Part shown: positions 26,892 to 35,427 of the stretch, one piece after another | Layout of the letters: every line of letters begins with the position of its first letter | Numbering within the stretch: position 1 is the stretch's first letter | From: Gemmatimonadota bacterium | GTDB taxonomy: Bacteria; Gemmatimonadota; Gemmatimonadetes; Longimicrobiales; Gaopeijiaceae | Assembly: GCA_034521595.1 (NCBI GenBank) | Contig: JAXHMG010000003.1 | Location: forward strand, 1,344,001-1,408,000 | Direction of reading: 5' to 3' | DNA length: 64,000 nucleotides | Program-made: the position numbers and the translations under genes | Notes under the pieces: model-generated | Database searches by the model: none | What the model was told of the DNA's origin: nothing | Seen by the model: the letters and a program-made list of their open reading frames with translations, nothing else

Positions 26892-28369
26892 GGAGTGCCT
26901 CCCCCGAGCAGCATGCGCGCCGCCTGTCCGGCGATCCCGGTCGTGAACGTCGCGTCGATGCCGAAGTAGAAGTTGGCCAGAACCAGCCCCCAGGTCGAAA
27001 GCAGAAGGCCTAGCGGCGCTTCCTGCACGGGCTCATCGTCGCCCGCGAACGTCTTGAAGTAAGCCGCCTCGACGACGCGCCAGATGTAGACCACGGCGAG
27101 CAGCGACGTGATGAGCACCAGCACCGCCACCGGCCACCAGCCGAGCTCCAGCGCGCCCGAGATCAGGTACCACTTGCTGATGAATCCGACCGTGAGCGGT
27201 ACGCCGATGAGGCTGAGGCCGGCGAGCACGAACGAGGCCATGGTCCACGGCATCTTCCGTCCGAGACCGCGCATCGCCTCGATGTGCACGGAGCCGATCC
27301 GGTAGAACACGCCGCCGAGCGCCATGAACAGCGCACCCTTGATGAGCGCGTGGTTGAACAGATGCACGATCGCCGCCGTCAGCCCGGTCACGGACGCCAT
27401 GCTCACACCCAGGATGATGTAGCCGATCTGCGCGACGGAGGAGTACGCGAGCATCCGCTTCACGTTCATCTGGAAGATGGCGACCAACGACATGCTGAAG
27501 ATCGCGACCAGCGCGAGCGGCAAGAACACCAGATCGACCTGCATCTGGTCGAACGCGAACGCCGCTCCGAAAACGGTGAAGAAGAACCGGAGCATCATGT
27601 AGACGGCGACCTTCGTGGCGGTCGACGCGAGCAGGGCCGTCACGGCCGAGGGCGCGAACGCATACGCGTTGGGCAGCCACAAGTGCAACGGAAAGAGCGC
27701 CAGCTTCAGGCTGAATCCGACCGCCAAGAAGGCGAACGCGACGGGAATCGTGCGCTGGTCCATCACCGGCGGGAGGCGCTCGGCCAGATCCGCCATGTTC
27801 AGCGTGCCCGTCATGGCGTACATCATCCCGATGCCGATGACGATGAACGTCGCGCCCACCGATCCCATGATGAGGTACTGGTAAGCCGAGACGAGCGCGC
27901 GGCGGTCCTGGCCCATGGCGATCAACGCGTAGGCTGACAGCGACGAGATCTCCAGGAAGACGAAGACGTTGAAGACGTCGCCGGTCACCGTGATCCCGAG
28001 CAAGCCGGTCATGCTCAGGATCCAGGCCGCGTAGAAAAGCGGGAGCCGTTCTTTCTCCACCTCGCGGGCCACGCTTCGGCGCGCGTAGATCGTCGTCACG
28101 GACCCGATCGCCGCGACGATCAAAGCGACGAAGGCGTTCACCGCGTCGATGCGGTACTCGATGCCGTACGGCGCGGCCCACCCGCCCAACTCGTAGCTGA
28201 GGACCTGTCCCTCGCCGACCTGCGACACGAGCCCGATCGCCGCGAAGAGCGCCCAGAACGCCGACGCCAGCGCAAGGCCCCATGCGATTCCGCCGTGATT
28301 CAGCAGGGCTGCGATGGGAGCCGCGATCAGGGGGATCGCGACCAGGAGAACCGGAAGATGTTCGATCAC
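26888..28369 (-). CDS. mrpD: Mrp antiporter subunit D
   Basis: GGWAAPYGIE, GDVFNVFVFLEI, LKLALFPLHLWLPNAY, KRMLAYSS and GVPLTVGFISKW. Confidence 0.92.
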   Translation of the reverse strand: MIEHLPVLLVAIPLIAAPIAALLNHGGIAWGLALASAFWALFAAIGLVSQVGEGQVLSYELGGWAAPYGIEYRIDAVNAFVALIVAAIGSVTTIYARRSVAREVEKERLPLFYAAWILSMTGLLGITVTGDVFNVFVFLEISSLSAYALIAMGQDRRALVSAYQYLIMGSVGATFIVIGIGMMYAMTGTLNMADLAERLPPVMDQRTIPVAFAFLAVGFSLKLALFPLHLWLPNAYAFAPSAVTALLASTATKVAVYMMLRFFFTVFGAAFAFDQMQVDLVFLPLALVAIFSMSLVAIFQMNVKRMLAYSSVAQIGYIILGVSMASVTGLTAAIVHLFNHALIKGALFMALGGVFYRIGSVHIEAMRGLGRKMPWTMASFVLAGLSLIGVPLTVGFISKWYLISGALELGWWPVAVLVLITSLLAVVYIWRVVEAAYFKTFAGDDEPVQEAPLGLLLSTWGLVLANFYFGIDATFTTGIAGQAARMLLGGGTP

Positions 28370-28719
28370 TTGTCGGCGTCCTGAATCACGTCTTCCTCGA
28401 TCGTTCCGTAGGCCTCTTTGATGCGCACGACCAGACTGAGCCCCACCGCCAGCGTCGCGACGCCCACGACGATCGCCGTGAGAATGAGCACGTGTGGAAG
28501 GGGGTTCGAGTAGACCACCGAACCTTCCCCGTCGATCAGGATGGGCGCGGTGCCGCCGGTCACTTTCCCCATGCTTATATACATGATGAAGACCGAGGTC
28601 TGGAAGATGTTCAGACCGATGAGCTTCTTCACCAGATTGCCGCGGGCGATGAGGGTGTAAAAACCCAGCATCATGAGGATGACGACCGCCCAGTAGTTGA
28701 AGAGTCCGAGCGCCTCCAT
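28366..28719 (-). CDS. mrpC: Mrp antiporter subunit C
   Basis: NLVKKLIGL and NPLPHVLILTAIVVG. Confidence 0.93.
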   Translation of the reverse strand: MEALGLFNYWAVVILMMLGFYTLIARGNLVKKLIGLNIFQTSVFIMYISMGKVTGGTAPILIDGEGSVVYSNPLPHVLILTAIVVGVATLAVGLSLVVRIKEAYGTIEEDVIQDADK

Positions 28720-29138
28720 CAGCTCCTCCTTCGGCCGGCGAAAGCGTAGAACAGGCCCACCATCACACCGAAGACGGTGACGAGCACACCGAACTCGATG
28801 GCGAGGATGCCGTAGTGCTGTCCGTGGGACGGGTCGTGGGCGAGCACGTCGTAGTCGAGGTAGTTGCCGCCCAGCGCCATCGTGACGAAGCCCGTCCCCG
28901 CGAAGATGAAGAGGCCGAGCGCCCCGCAGATGTAGGGGACCACGGGCGGCAGCACCCGCAGCGCCCTCGCCAACCCATAGACCAGCGCGTAGAGGATGAA
29001 GGCGGCGGCGAAGATGACGCCCGCCTGAAAGCCCCCTCCCGGGCTGTAGTCGCCATGGAACTGGACGTAGAGCGCGAAGATCATGATGAACGGGGTCAGG
29101 ATCTTCGAGCAGATCCGCACGATGACGCGGTCATCCAT
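28719..29138 (-). CDS. mrpB: Mrp antiporter subunit B
   Basis: YVQFHGDYSPGGGFQAGV and IEFGV..TV. Confidence 0.92.
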   Translation of the reverse strand: MDDRVIVRICSKILTPFIMIFALYVQFHGDYSPGGGFQAGVIFAAAFILYALVYGLARALRVLPPVVPYICGALGLFIFAGTGFVTMALGGNYLDYDVLAHDPSHGQHYGILAIEFGVLVTVFGVMVGLFYAFAGRRRS

Positions 29139-29769
29139 GGTCCGTCTCTCCTTCCCGGCCTTCGGCATCCAGCTCTTCTCGCGAGGCCGGCGTCCCCGTG
29201 TCGGCCTCGAACGCGCTGGGATGGAGGTCCACCGTACGGTGCTGGTCGGACCGCCCGCGCGCGAGGATGAGGAGCACCCCGACCAACGCGGTGAAGACCA
29301 CGGCGACCTCGCCCATCGTGTCGAACCCGCGATAGGAGCCGAGCACGACGGTCACGATATTGGGGATCCCGACCTCGTCGTACGACTCCTCGAGGTAGTA
29401 GGGAGCGACGTGCTGATGCGCCGGGTTGTCCGGGTTCCCGAACGCGGGCATGTCGAGCGACCCGTAGATGAGGATCGCGCCCGTGACGACGGTGACGAAC
29501 AGCGGCACGATCGGCCGGTGCCTCGGTGCCGCCTCTTCGCTTCCGACCAGCGCCAACGTGCCCAGCATGAGAATGGTCGAGATCCCGGCACCGACCGCGG
29601 CTTCCGTGAAGGCCACGTCCATGGCGTCCATGGTCACGAACAGTCCCGCCGTGAGGACACTGTAGATGGCCATGAGCATGGTGGCGCCGAACAGGTTACG
29701 GACGCGCACCACGGCCACGGCCGTGACGGCCAGCATGATCAGGAGCGTGATGTCGACGACCGTGATCAT
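29131..29769 (-). CDS. Mrp subunit with a DUF4040 / MrpA C-terminal-like domain
   Basis: DVAFTEAAVGAG and NIVTVVLGSYRGFDTMGE. Confidence 0.9.
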   Translation of the reverse strand: MITVVDITLLIMLAVTAVAVVRVRNLFGATMLMAIYSVLTAGLFVTMDAMDVAFTEAAVGAGISTILMLGTLALVGSEEAAPRHRPIVPLFVTVVTGAILIYGSLDMPAFGNPDNPAHQHVAPYYLEESYDEVGIPNIVTVVLGSYRGFDTMGEVAVVFTALVGVLLILARGRSDQHRTVDLHPSAFEADTGTPASREELDAEGREGETDHG

Positions 29770-30092
29770 GATGCACCCGTCCCTTCACCGGCCGTATCTG
29801 CTCTTCGGCTGGCGGTTACTACCGCGCGTGCGAGGGCGTGCGAGGCAATGGGGGCGGTGAAGAGCAGGAAGCCGTACACGAATAGAAGACGGACGAGCAC
29901 CATCCAGTCGGTCGTTTGGAGGCACATGCCCAGAATGAGCAGGCCCGCGCCCATGGTGTCGGTCATCCCGGCGGGATGCAGGCGGCTCAAGACGTCCGGC
30001 ATGCGGAGAATCCCGATGGTCCCCACGATCATGAAAAAGAGGCCGCCCACGATGAATATCCAGCTCAGCAGGTCGAGCACGGCTTCCATCAC
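29766..30092 (-). CDS. mrpG: Mrp antiporter subunit G
   Basis: GILRMPD..SRLH....DTMG and TAPIASHALARA. Confidence 0.92.
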   Translation of the reverse strand: MMEAVLDLLSWIFIVGGLFFMIVGTIGILRMPDVLSRLHPAGMTDTMGAGLLILGMCLQTTDWMVLVRLLFVYGFLLFTAPIASHALARAVVTASRRADTAGEGTGAS

Positions 30093-30376
30093 TCGCCTCC
30101 GCTTCCGAGTGGCTCGGCGCCGTGTCCGAGGTCTCGAAACTCGAAGAACTTCAGGACCGCGAGCGTCCCGATGAAGTTGATGAGCGCGTAGACGAGAGAG
30201 AGGTCGAGGAACTCCGGCCGCTCCGTGAGGAAACCGAGGACCCCGATCAAGAGCACCATCTTGGTACCGAAGATGTTCACGCCGAGCACGCGGTCGTAGA
30301 CGGTCGGGCCGATCACGGCGCGCACGAGCGCCAACGACATGCTCACCAGGACTCCGAGCGCCGCGACGAAAAACAT
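30089..30376 (-). CDS. mrpF: Mrp antiporter subunit F
   Basis: RAVIGPTVYDR and DLSLVYALINFIGT. TGATG overlap with mrpE. Confidence 0.92.
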   Translation of the reverse strand: MFFVAALGVLVSMSLALVRAVIGPTVYDRVLGVNIFGTKMVLLIGVLGFLTERPEFLDLSLVYALINFIGTLAVLKFFEFRDLGHGAEPLGSGGE

Positions 30377-30846
30377 CACCGGCCCTCGACCCACGACACG
30401 CGACGTGACATCCTGCCGCCCGTCGTATCGGGATCCTCGCCGGAGAGCACGTGGATCTCGATGGTACCGCCGTCGATCGCCGTCGTCACCGTGCCCGGCG
30501 TGAGCGTCACCGAGTTTCCGAAGATCACCCGCCCGAGGTCGGTCTCGAGAGGAAGGGGATAGCGCTGGAGCTTCGGTCGGATGGGCAGTCGCGGATCGAG
30601 GACCGTCCGCGCCATGGCGACGTTCGACAAGAAGACTTCCTTCAGGAGCCACGGCAGGTACACCAGGAACCGAGCCCCCACCTGCAGTGGGAGCCCTTCT
30701 TCGTCGACCACGTCCATGCGACGAGCGATATAGACGACGAGAATGCACGACGCGGCTCCGAGCCCGAGGAGCAGCGGCGTATAGTGCCCCGAGAGAAGCA
30801 GCCAGAAACCGTACAGTATCGCGCCCAATCCGAGCGATCGGAGCAA
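30376..30846 (-). CDS. mrpE: Mrp antiporter subunit E
   Basis: FWLLLSG and NSVTLTPGTVT...IH.L. TTG start with RBS GGGAG. Confidence 0.92.
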   Translation of the reverse strand: MLRSLGLGAILYGFWLLLSGHYTPLLLGLGAASCILVVYIARRMDVVDEEGLPLQVGARFLVYLPWLLKEVFLSNVAMARTVLDPRLPIRPKLQRYPLPLETDLGRVIFGNSVTLTPGTVTTAIDGGTIEIHVLSGEDPDTTGGRMSRRVSWVEGR

Positions 30847-30918
30847 GTTTGACTCCCTGCTGAAACGTTCAGGCCGATGGGCGCACGCGCCCCTGCAGGC
30901 GGAAAATGCGCGCGGAAT

Positions 30919-31413
30919 CTACCAGTTCGATTGTGCTCCGTCCACAATCGCCTGCACGAGCTGATCGATCGCCTCTCTTCGCCCCTCTTCTTCGGGAGCG
31001 CCCTCGGCGAACAGCCCCTGAGCCGTTTCGCTGCCGGACTCCCACAGGATCACGTTCTCGACCCGGTCGACGATCTCGACCCGGATCGCGATGCGGACCT
31101 CGCGCTGAAGCACCTCCGCCGCCGCCCCGCCCGCCCCCGCCCGGTAGTTCGGCGCCTGGACGTCGTATCGGGTCACCGAACCACGCACGACCGCGTCGGC
31201 CACGTTCAGGCCGGCGGTGTTCACGCCGAGGGCCCCGGGGAGGCTCCGGACCAACTCGTCGTACAGCTCGCCGGCCACTTCGAACCGATCCGTTTCGTTC
31301 TCGAACGGCTCGATCGCGATAGTCCGTACGTGCGGTGGCGGAAACGATCCGGCCTGGAAGGAATAGTTGCACGCGGTCGGGACGACGGCGAGGAGCGCGG
31401 CCGCTGCCGGCAT
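30919..31413 (-). CDS. lptE: LPS-assembly lipoprotein, LptE family
   Basis: Lipobox-like PTAC-NYSF, TIAIEPFENET, G.VT.Y, I.V...D......W and C-terminal IVDGAQSNW. Start uncertain (31413, 31419 or 31491). Confidence 0.72.
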   Translation of the reverse strand: MPAAAALLAVVPTACNYSFQAGSFPPPHVRTIAIEPFENETDRFEVAGELYDELVRSLPGALGVNTAGLNVADAVVRGSVTRYDVQAPNYRAGAGGAAAEVLQREVRIAIRVEIVDRVENVILWESGSETAQGLFAEGAPEEEGRREAIDQLVQAIVDGAQSNW

Positions 31414-31498
31414 GATCACACCCCGGATCCTCGACCGAAGCCGCAACCCGCCTCGCGGGGCCAAGTCGGGTTTGCAAGGAGAGCGGTACATGGATGGG

Positions 31499-32206
31499 TC
31501 AGCCCGTCGGGTGCCAGATTGCCTCGGGAAACGGCTCGACCGCTTCCACGGACTCTCGGGTGAGCTGAAGCTCCCGAAAATCGGTGTGATGACGGTAGGT
31601 CGCCCCGGTGGGATATCGCCCCGAATCCGAGAACGACAGAGCCACTTCCTCGACGACCCGGCCTCGCTCGAGGAGTTCCACTCGGGTCAAGACACCATCG
31701 CGGGTCTGGTAGTGGAGCTCCGTCCCGTTCGGGTAGGCGTACCGGAGCCGCACCGCGCCTCCTTCGAGCCGATCCCCGCCGGCCAACCGAGCCTCGGGTC
31801 CGGGCCGCACGACGCCGAGCGCCCCCCACATGAGGTCCGGCGGCGGCAGAAAGTCGTCGGGAGCGCCGGGAGGCATGCGAACCTCCCCCGCCACCAGCGC
31901 GGCCCGGAGCACGGTTTCACCGTTCGCGAGGAACAGGTCGAGACGAGCCCGATCCGGCGGCTCGACACGGGCGACGCCACGGCCGTCCGCGCGCACGCCG
32001 CGGTCGTTCGCCCGCCACTCGAAGATCACCTGGAGCGGCTCCTCGAGCCGGGTGCTGGCCTCCAGCGCTTCGGCCTCCGCTCCCGGGTCCGCGACCGGCG
32101 CCACGACCGCGGCGCGCCGAGGACCGCAGCCCGCCGCCACGATGCATACGACGGCCGCCACCATGCCGCGCGCCGCTCGGGGTGGCACAAAACGAACAGG
32201 ATTCAT
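31499..32206 (-). CDS. Hypothetical lipoprotein, possibly LolA/LolB-like fold
   Basis: Lipobox AAGC, beta-rich G.GVARVEPPDRARLDLF, and TAGCTT 7 nt upstream of the ATG. Confidence 0.7.
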   Translation of the reverse strand: MNPVRFVPPRAARGMVAAVVCIVAAGCGPRRAAVVAPVADPGAEAEALEASTRLEEPLQVIFEWRANDRGVRADGRGVARVEPPDRARLDLFLANGETVLRAALVAGEVRMPPGAPDDFLPPPDLMWGALGVVRPGPEARLAGGDRLEGGAVRLRYAYPNGTELHYQTRDGVLTRVELLERGRVVEEVALSFSDSGRYPTGATYRHHTDFRELQLTRESVEAVEPFPEAIWHPTG

Positions 32207-32287
32207 GACGGCTAAGCTAGCGAATCCCCGCCCGACAGCGGACCCGGGTCTTCCAACGGCTCCCGGTTCTTGCCTACCTTCGCATGC

Positions 32288-33037
32288 GTGACTCTTTCCC
32301 ATCCGGTCTACCTCGCCTCCGACGTCCACCTCGGTGCCACGTCGTCCGCCCAGGAGCGGTCCTTCATGGCCTGGCTCGAGCACGCCCGCGGTGAAGCCTC
32401 GCAGATCGTGCTGAACGGCGACCTGTTCGACTTCTGGTTCGAGTACCGCACGGGTCCGACCCGGGGCTACGACGAAATCCTCGCCGCGCTGCGCGAAACG
32501 GTCGACCAAGGCATCCCGATCACCCTGATGGGAGGAAACCACGACTGGTGGGGTGGACGTTACCTGACCGAGGAAATCGGCGTCGAGTTCCTCCGGCATC
32601 CGGTGACGCGGAATCTCGCCGGGCACCGGACCTTTCTCGCACACGGCGACGGCCTGGGGCGCGGGGACGTGGGCTACCGATTGCTCAAGCCGCTCCTGCG
32701 CGGAGCGTTGGTCCGGTGGGGCTTCTGGCTTCTCCCGCCGGCGCTGGGCGACCGACTCGCGGGCCGGGCGTCCCGAACCGAGCACCGTTGGACCGAGCCG
32801 ACCGCCAGACAGAGCGACCGGGCCCGAGCCCTCGAGGCGTGGGCCGTCGACAAGCTCGAACGTGAGCCGGAGCTCGACCTCGTCGTCCTGGGGCACGCCC
32901 ACGTACCGAGCGCGCGCGAGGTTTTCCCGGGGCGGTGGTACGTGAACGCGGGCGACTGGGTCTACCGCCGCACCTACCTCGTCCTCGAAGAAGGCCACGC
33001 ACCGGTGCTGCACGAGTGGAAGGGAACACCCACATGA
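32288..33037 (+). CDS. lpxH: UDP-2,3-diacylglucosamine diphosphatase (LpxH-like metallophosphoesterase)
   Basis: SDVHLG, NGDLFDFWFEY, GNHDW, HGDG, GHAH and NAGDW. Confidence 0.88.
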   Translation: MTLSHPVYLASDVHLGATSSAQERSFMAWLEHARGEASQIVLNGDLFDFWFEYRTGPTRGYDEILAALRETVDQGIPITLMGGNHDWWGGRYLTEEIGVEFLRHPVTRNLAGHRTFLAHGDGLGRGDVGYRLLKPLLRGALVRWGFWLLPPALGDRLAGRASRTEHRWTEPTARQSDRARALEAWAVDKLEREPELDLVVLGHAHVPSAREVFPGRWYVNAGDWVYRRTYLVLEEGHAPVLHEWKGTPT

Positions 33038-33678
33038 TCGACCGCACCCGCGACACCGCTTGCCGGCGACCGGCATCCGCGCTGCCCGTGGTGGTGGCGC
33101 TGGTGTTGGGAACGGCGGTCCCCGGTCGGATCGCGAGCCAGAACGTACCGGAACAGCCGCCGCGAGCCCCTACGCCGGACGTGGTCCTCGAAGAAGCGCC
33201 CCGTGCCATGCCGAGCCCCGGAGGAGCCCTGCTGCGGTCCCTCGCCGTCCCCGGATGGGGACACGCGGCCATCGGCTCCTACGGGAGGGGCGCCTTCTAC
33301 GTCGCGGCCCAGTCGGGAACGATCTACGCGCTCGTGCGCACGCGGCTCCGCCTGTCCGAGGCTCGTGAGCGGGCAGCACGGAGGGAAACGGTCCTGCGGC
33401 GGGCGCTGGACGCCGAAGGGGTGAGCGACCCCGCCGTGATCCAACAGAGGCTCGAGGAGGATCCCAGACTGGCCGATGTGCGGGGGCTGGTCTCCGCCCG
33501 CGAGTCCCAACAGGAGGACTGGTTGGCGCTCGGCATCTTCCTCGTCCTCCTGGGCGGTGCCGACGCGTACGTCTCGGCGCACCTCTCCGCCTTCCCCGAG
33601 CCGATCGAGGTGGGCGTGCTACCCGGGCCCGCAGGCGGGGTCGAGCTGGCCGCGCGGGTGCCCGTTCGCGGTCCGTGA
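33034..33678 (+). CDS. Hypothetical membrane/secreted protein (DUF5683-like)
   Basis: P..A.LRSL.VPGWG and DAYVSAHL..F patterns. ATGA overlap with lpxH. Confidence 0.7.
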   Translation: MIDRTRDTACRRPASALPVVVALVLGTAVPGRIASQNVPEQPPRAPTPDVVLEEAPRAMPSPGGALLRSLAVPGWGHAAIGSYGRGAFYVAAQSGTIYALVRTRLRLSEARERAARRETVLRRALDAEGVSDPAVIQQRLEEDPRLADVRGLVSARESQQEDWLALGIFLVLLGGADAYVSAHLSAFPEPIEVGVLPGPAGGVELAARVPVRGP

Positions 33679-33756
33679 CCACCGAGTGAAATGGAGCGCC
33701 CCGTCCGAGACGGCGCCGCGCCAGGGCCGAGCCGTCGGAGAGCGAGCGCAGCTGGC

Positions 33757-33853
33757 TGGCGGGAACGTGTGGGAATCGAACCCACCCACCCGGGTATTAG
33801 CCGGGCCGCACGGTTTTGAAGACCGCCGAGGACACCAGTCCCCCTCCGCTCCC
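33757..33853 (-). tRNA. selC: tRNA-Sec (anticodon UCA)
   Basis: 97 nt. 6-bp D stem with a 4-nt loop (GGGGAC-TGGT-GTCCTC), anticodon loop CTTCAAA, long variable arm, T arm GTGGG-TTCGATT-CCCAC, 3' GCCA encoded. Confidence 0.95.
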
Positions 33854-33993
33854 TCTTCGCGACCCGTGGCGGAAGCCTGCCGCCACCGGATAGCTGGTCC
33901 AGCCCGCGTCCGTTCGGGGTACGCTCCGGAGCACACGGGCTCGGACGATAGGGGAGCCCCCCGCGTCAGCCAAGACCCCGCCTGAACGGGCGG

Positions 33994-34392
33994 TCAATCG
34001 GCCAGGCGCGCCACGCACTCGATCTCGACGCCACAACCCTTGGGGAGCGCCCCGACCTCGAAGGCCGCGCGGGCCGGCTGGTGCTTGCTGAAGTGCCTCC
34101 CGTAGACCTCGTTCATCTCGGCGAAGTCGCCCATGTCGGCCAGGAACACGGTAGTCTTCACGACGGACTCGAGCGAGGCACCGGCCGCCTCCAACACGGC
34201 CCGGAGGTTCCGAAGCACGAGGTCCGTCTGGTCCGCGATGGAACCGCGCTCGATCTCTCCGGTCACCGGGTCGAGCGGAATCTGCCCGGAGCAGAATACC
34301 CAATCGTCCGTGACGATCGCTTGGGAGTAGGCGCCGATGGCCGCCGGCGCGGCGTCGGTTTGGACGGGGTCGAGGTTCGGCATCGCGGTCAC
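33994..34392 (-). CDS. ridA: RidA family reactive imine/enamine deaminase
   Basis: APAAIGAYSQA, SGQIPLDP, FAEMNEVY, PAR and LPKG..VEIE. Confidence 0.93.
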   Translation of the reverse strand: MTAMPNLDPVQTDAAPAAIGAYSQAIVTDDWVFCSGQIPLDPVTGEIERGSIADQTDLVLRNLRAVLEAAGASLESVVKTTVFLADMGDFAEMNEVYGRHFSKHQPARAAFEVGALPKGCGVEIECVARLAD

Positions 34393-34431
34393 TCCTGATT
34401 CGGGTCGTCGAGGTTCTGATGATTCTTCGAG

Positions 34432-35427
34432 TCAACGCTCGGCGTGGAACGCACGAACCTGAGCCCTGAGCTCGTCGGGGGAAACCGTGGCGACGCCTGG
34501 CTTACCGACTTCGATCGCCGCGGCGTGGTTCGCGAGCATAGCCGCCTCTTCGACGCTCGCACCCGCGGCAAGCATGACCGCGACGACGGCCGTCACGGTA
34601 TCTCCCGCGCCGGAGACGTCGTATACCCCCCGGGCGACCGTCGGCACCCGTACCAGCTCTCCGCCTTCGGTCTGGAGGGCCATTCCCTCCTCCCCGAGCG
34701 TGAGCAGGAGGTGTCGCGCTCCCAGGTTTCGCCGGGTCGCTTCCATCCACTCCGCATCCCCCGGATGGATGAACGCACCGAGCGCGTCCTCGAGCTCCTT
34801 CGCGTTCGGCTTGAAGACCGTCGCCCCGCCGTACGCGAAGAAGTTGCGACGCTTGGGGTCGACCACCGAAGGGAGTCCGCGCTCGGCGGCCACCTCGAGC
34901 GCCCGCGCGACCACCGGCGGGACGAGAACTCCCTTGTTGTAGTCTTCCAACACGAGGACGTCGCTCCGCAATGCGAGCGCCTCGACGGTGTCGGCCAGCG
35001 TCTCGGCGAGCGATCCGTTCGCGTCCACGTCGACCTCATGGTCGAAGCGGACCACCTGCTGCCGCCGTGCCAGGACACGGGTCTTGACCGTGGTGGGCCG
35101 CGCATCGGTGCGGACCAAGCCTTCCGTCCGCACGCCGAGCCTCTCCAACGCGGCACGCATCGCCTCGCCGGCTTCATCCCGCCCCGCGACGCCCACCACG
35201 TGACAAGAAGCGTCGAGCGCGGCCACGTTGGCGGCCACGTTTCCGGCCCCCCCGACGGCGGACGACTCCCGCTCGACCTTCACGACCGGAACGGGGGCCT
35301 CGGGCGAGACCCGCTCCACGGCGCCCGCGATGTACCGATCGAGCATCAGGTCCCCGACGACGAGGACCCGCGCCCTCCCAGCGGCCGCGAGGAGCTCGTC
35401 GACGCGCTCCTCGGTCAGCCGTTCCAT
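34432..35427 (-). CDS. rfaE1: D-glycero-beta-D-manno-heptose-7-phosphate kinase (HldE/RfaE domain I)
   Basis: GDLMLDRY, RVSPEAPVPV, GGAGNVA, DYNKG, KPN..E and YDVSGAGDTV. Confidence 0.93.
   Translation of the reverse strand: MERLTEERVDELLAAAGRARVLVVGDLMLDRYIAGAVERVSPEAPVPVVKVERESSAVGGAGNVAANVAALDASCHVVGVAGRDEAGEAMRAALERLGVRTEGLVRTDARPTTVKTRVLARRQQVVRFDHEVDVDANGSLAETLADTVEALALRSDVLVLEDYNKGVLVPPVVARALEVAAERGLPSVVDPKRRNFFAYGGATVFKPNAKELEDALGAFIHPGDAEWMEATRRNLGARHLLLTLGEEGMALQTEGGELVRVPTVARGVYDVSGAGDTVTAVVAVMLAAGASVEEAAMLANHAAAIEVGKPGVATVSPDELRAQVRAFHAER

Noticed and set aside
33679-33760. Possible integrative element at the selC 3' end
   Set aside because: No integrase and no duplicated tRNA 3' end (att site) found; the flanking genes look like core genes.
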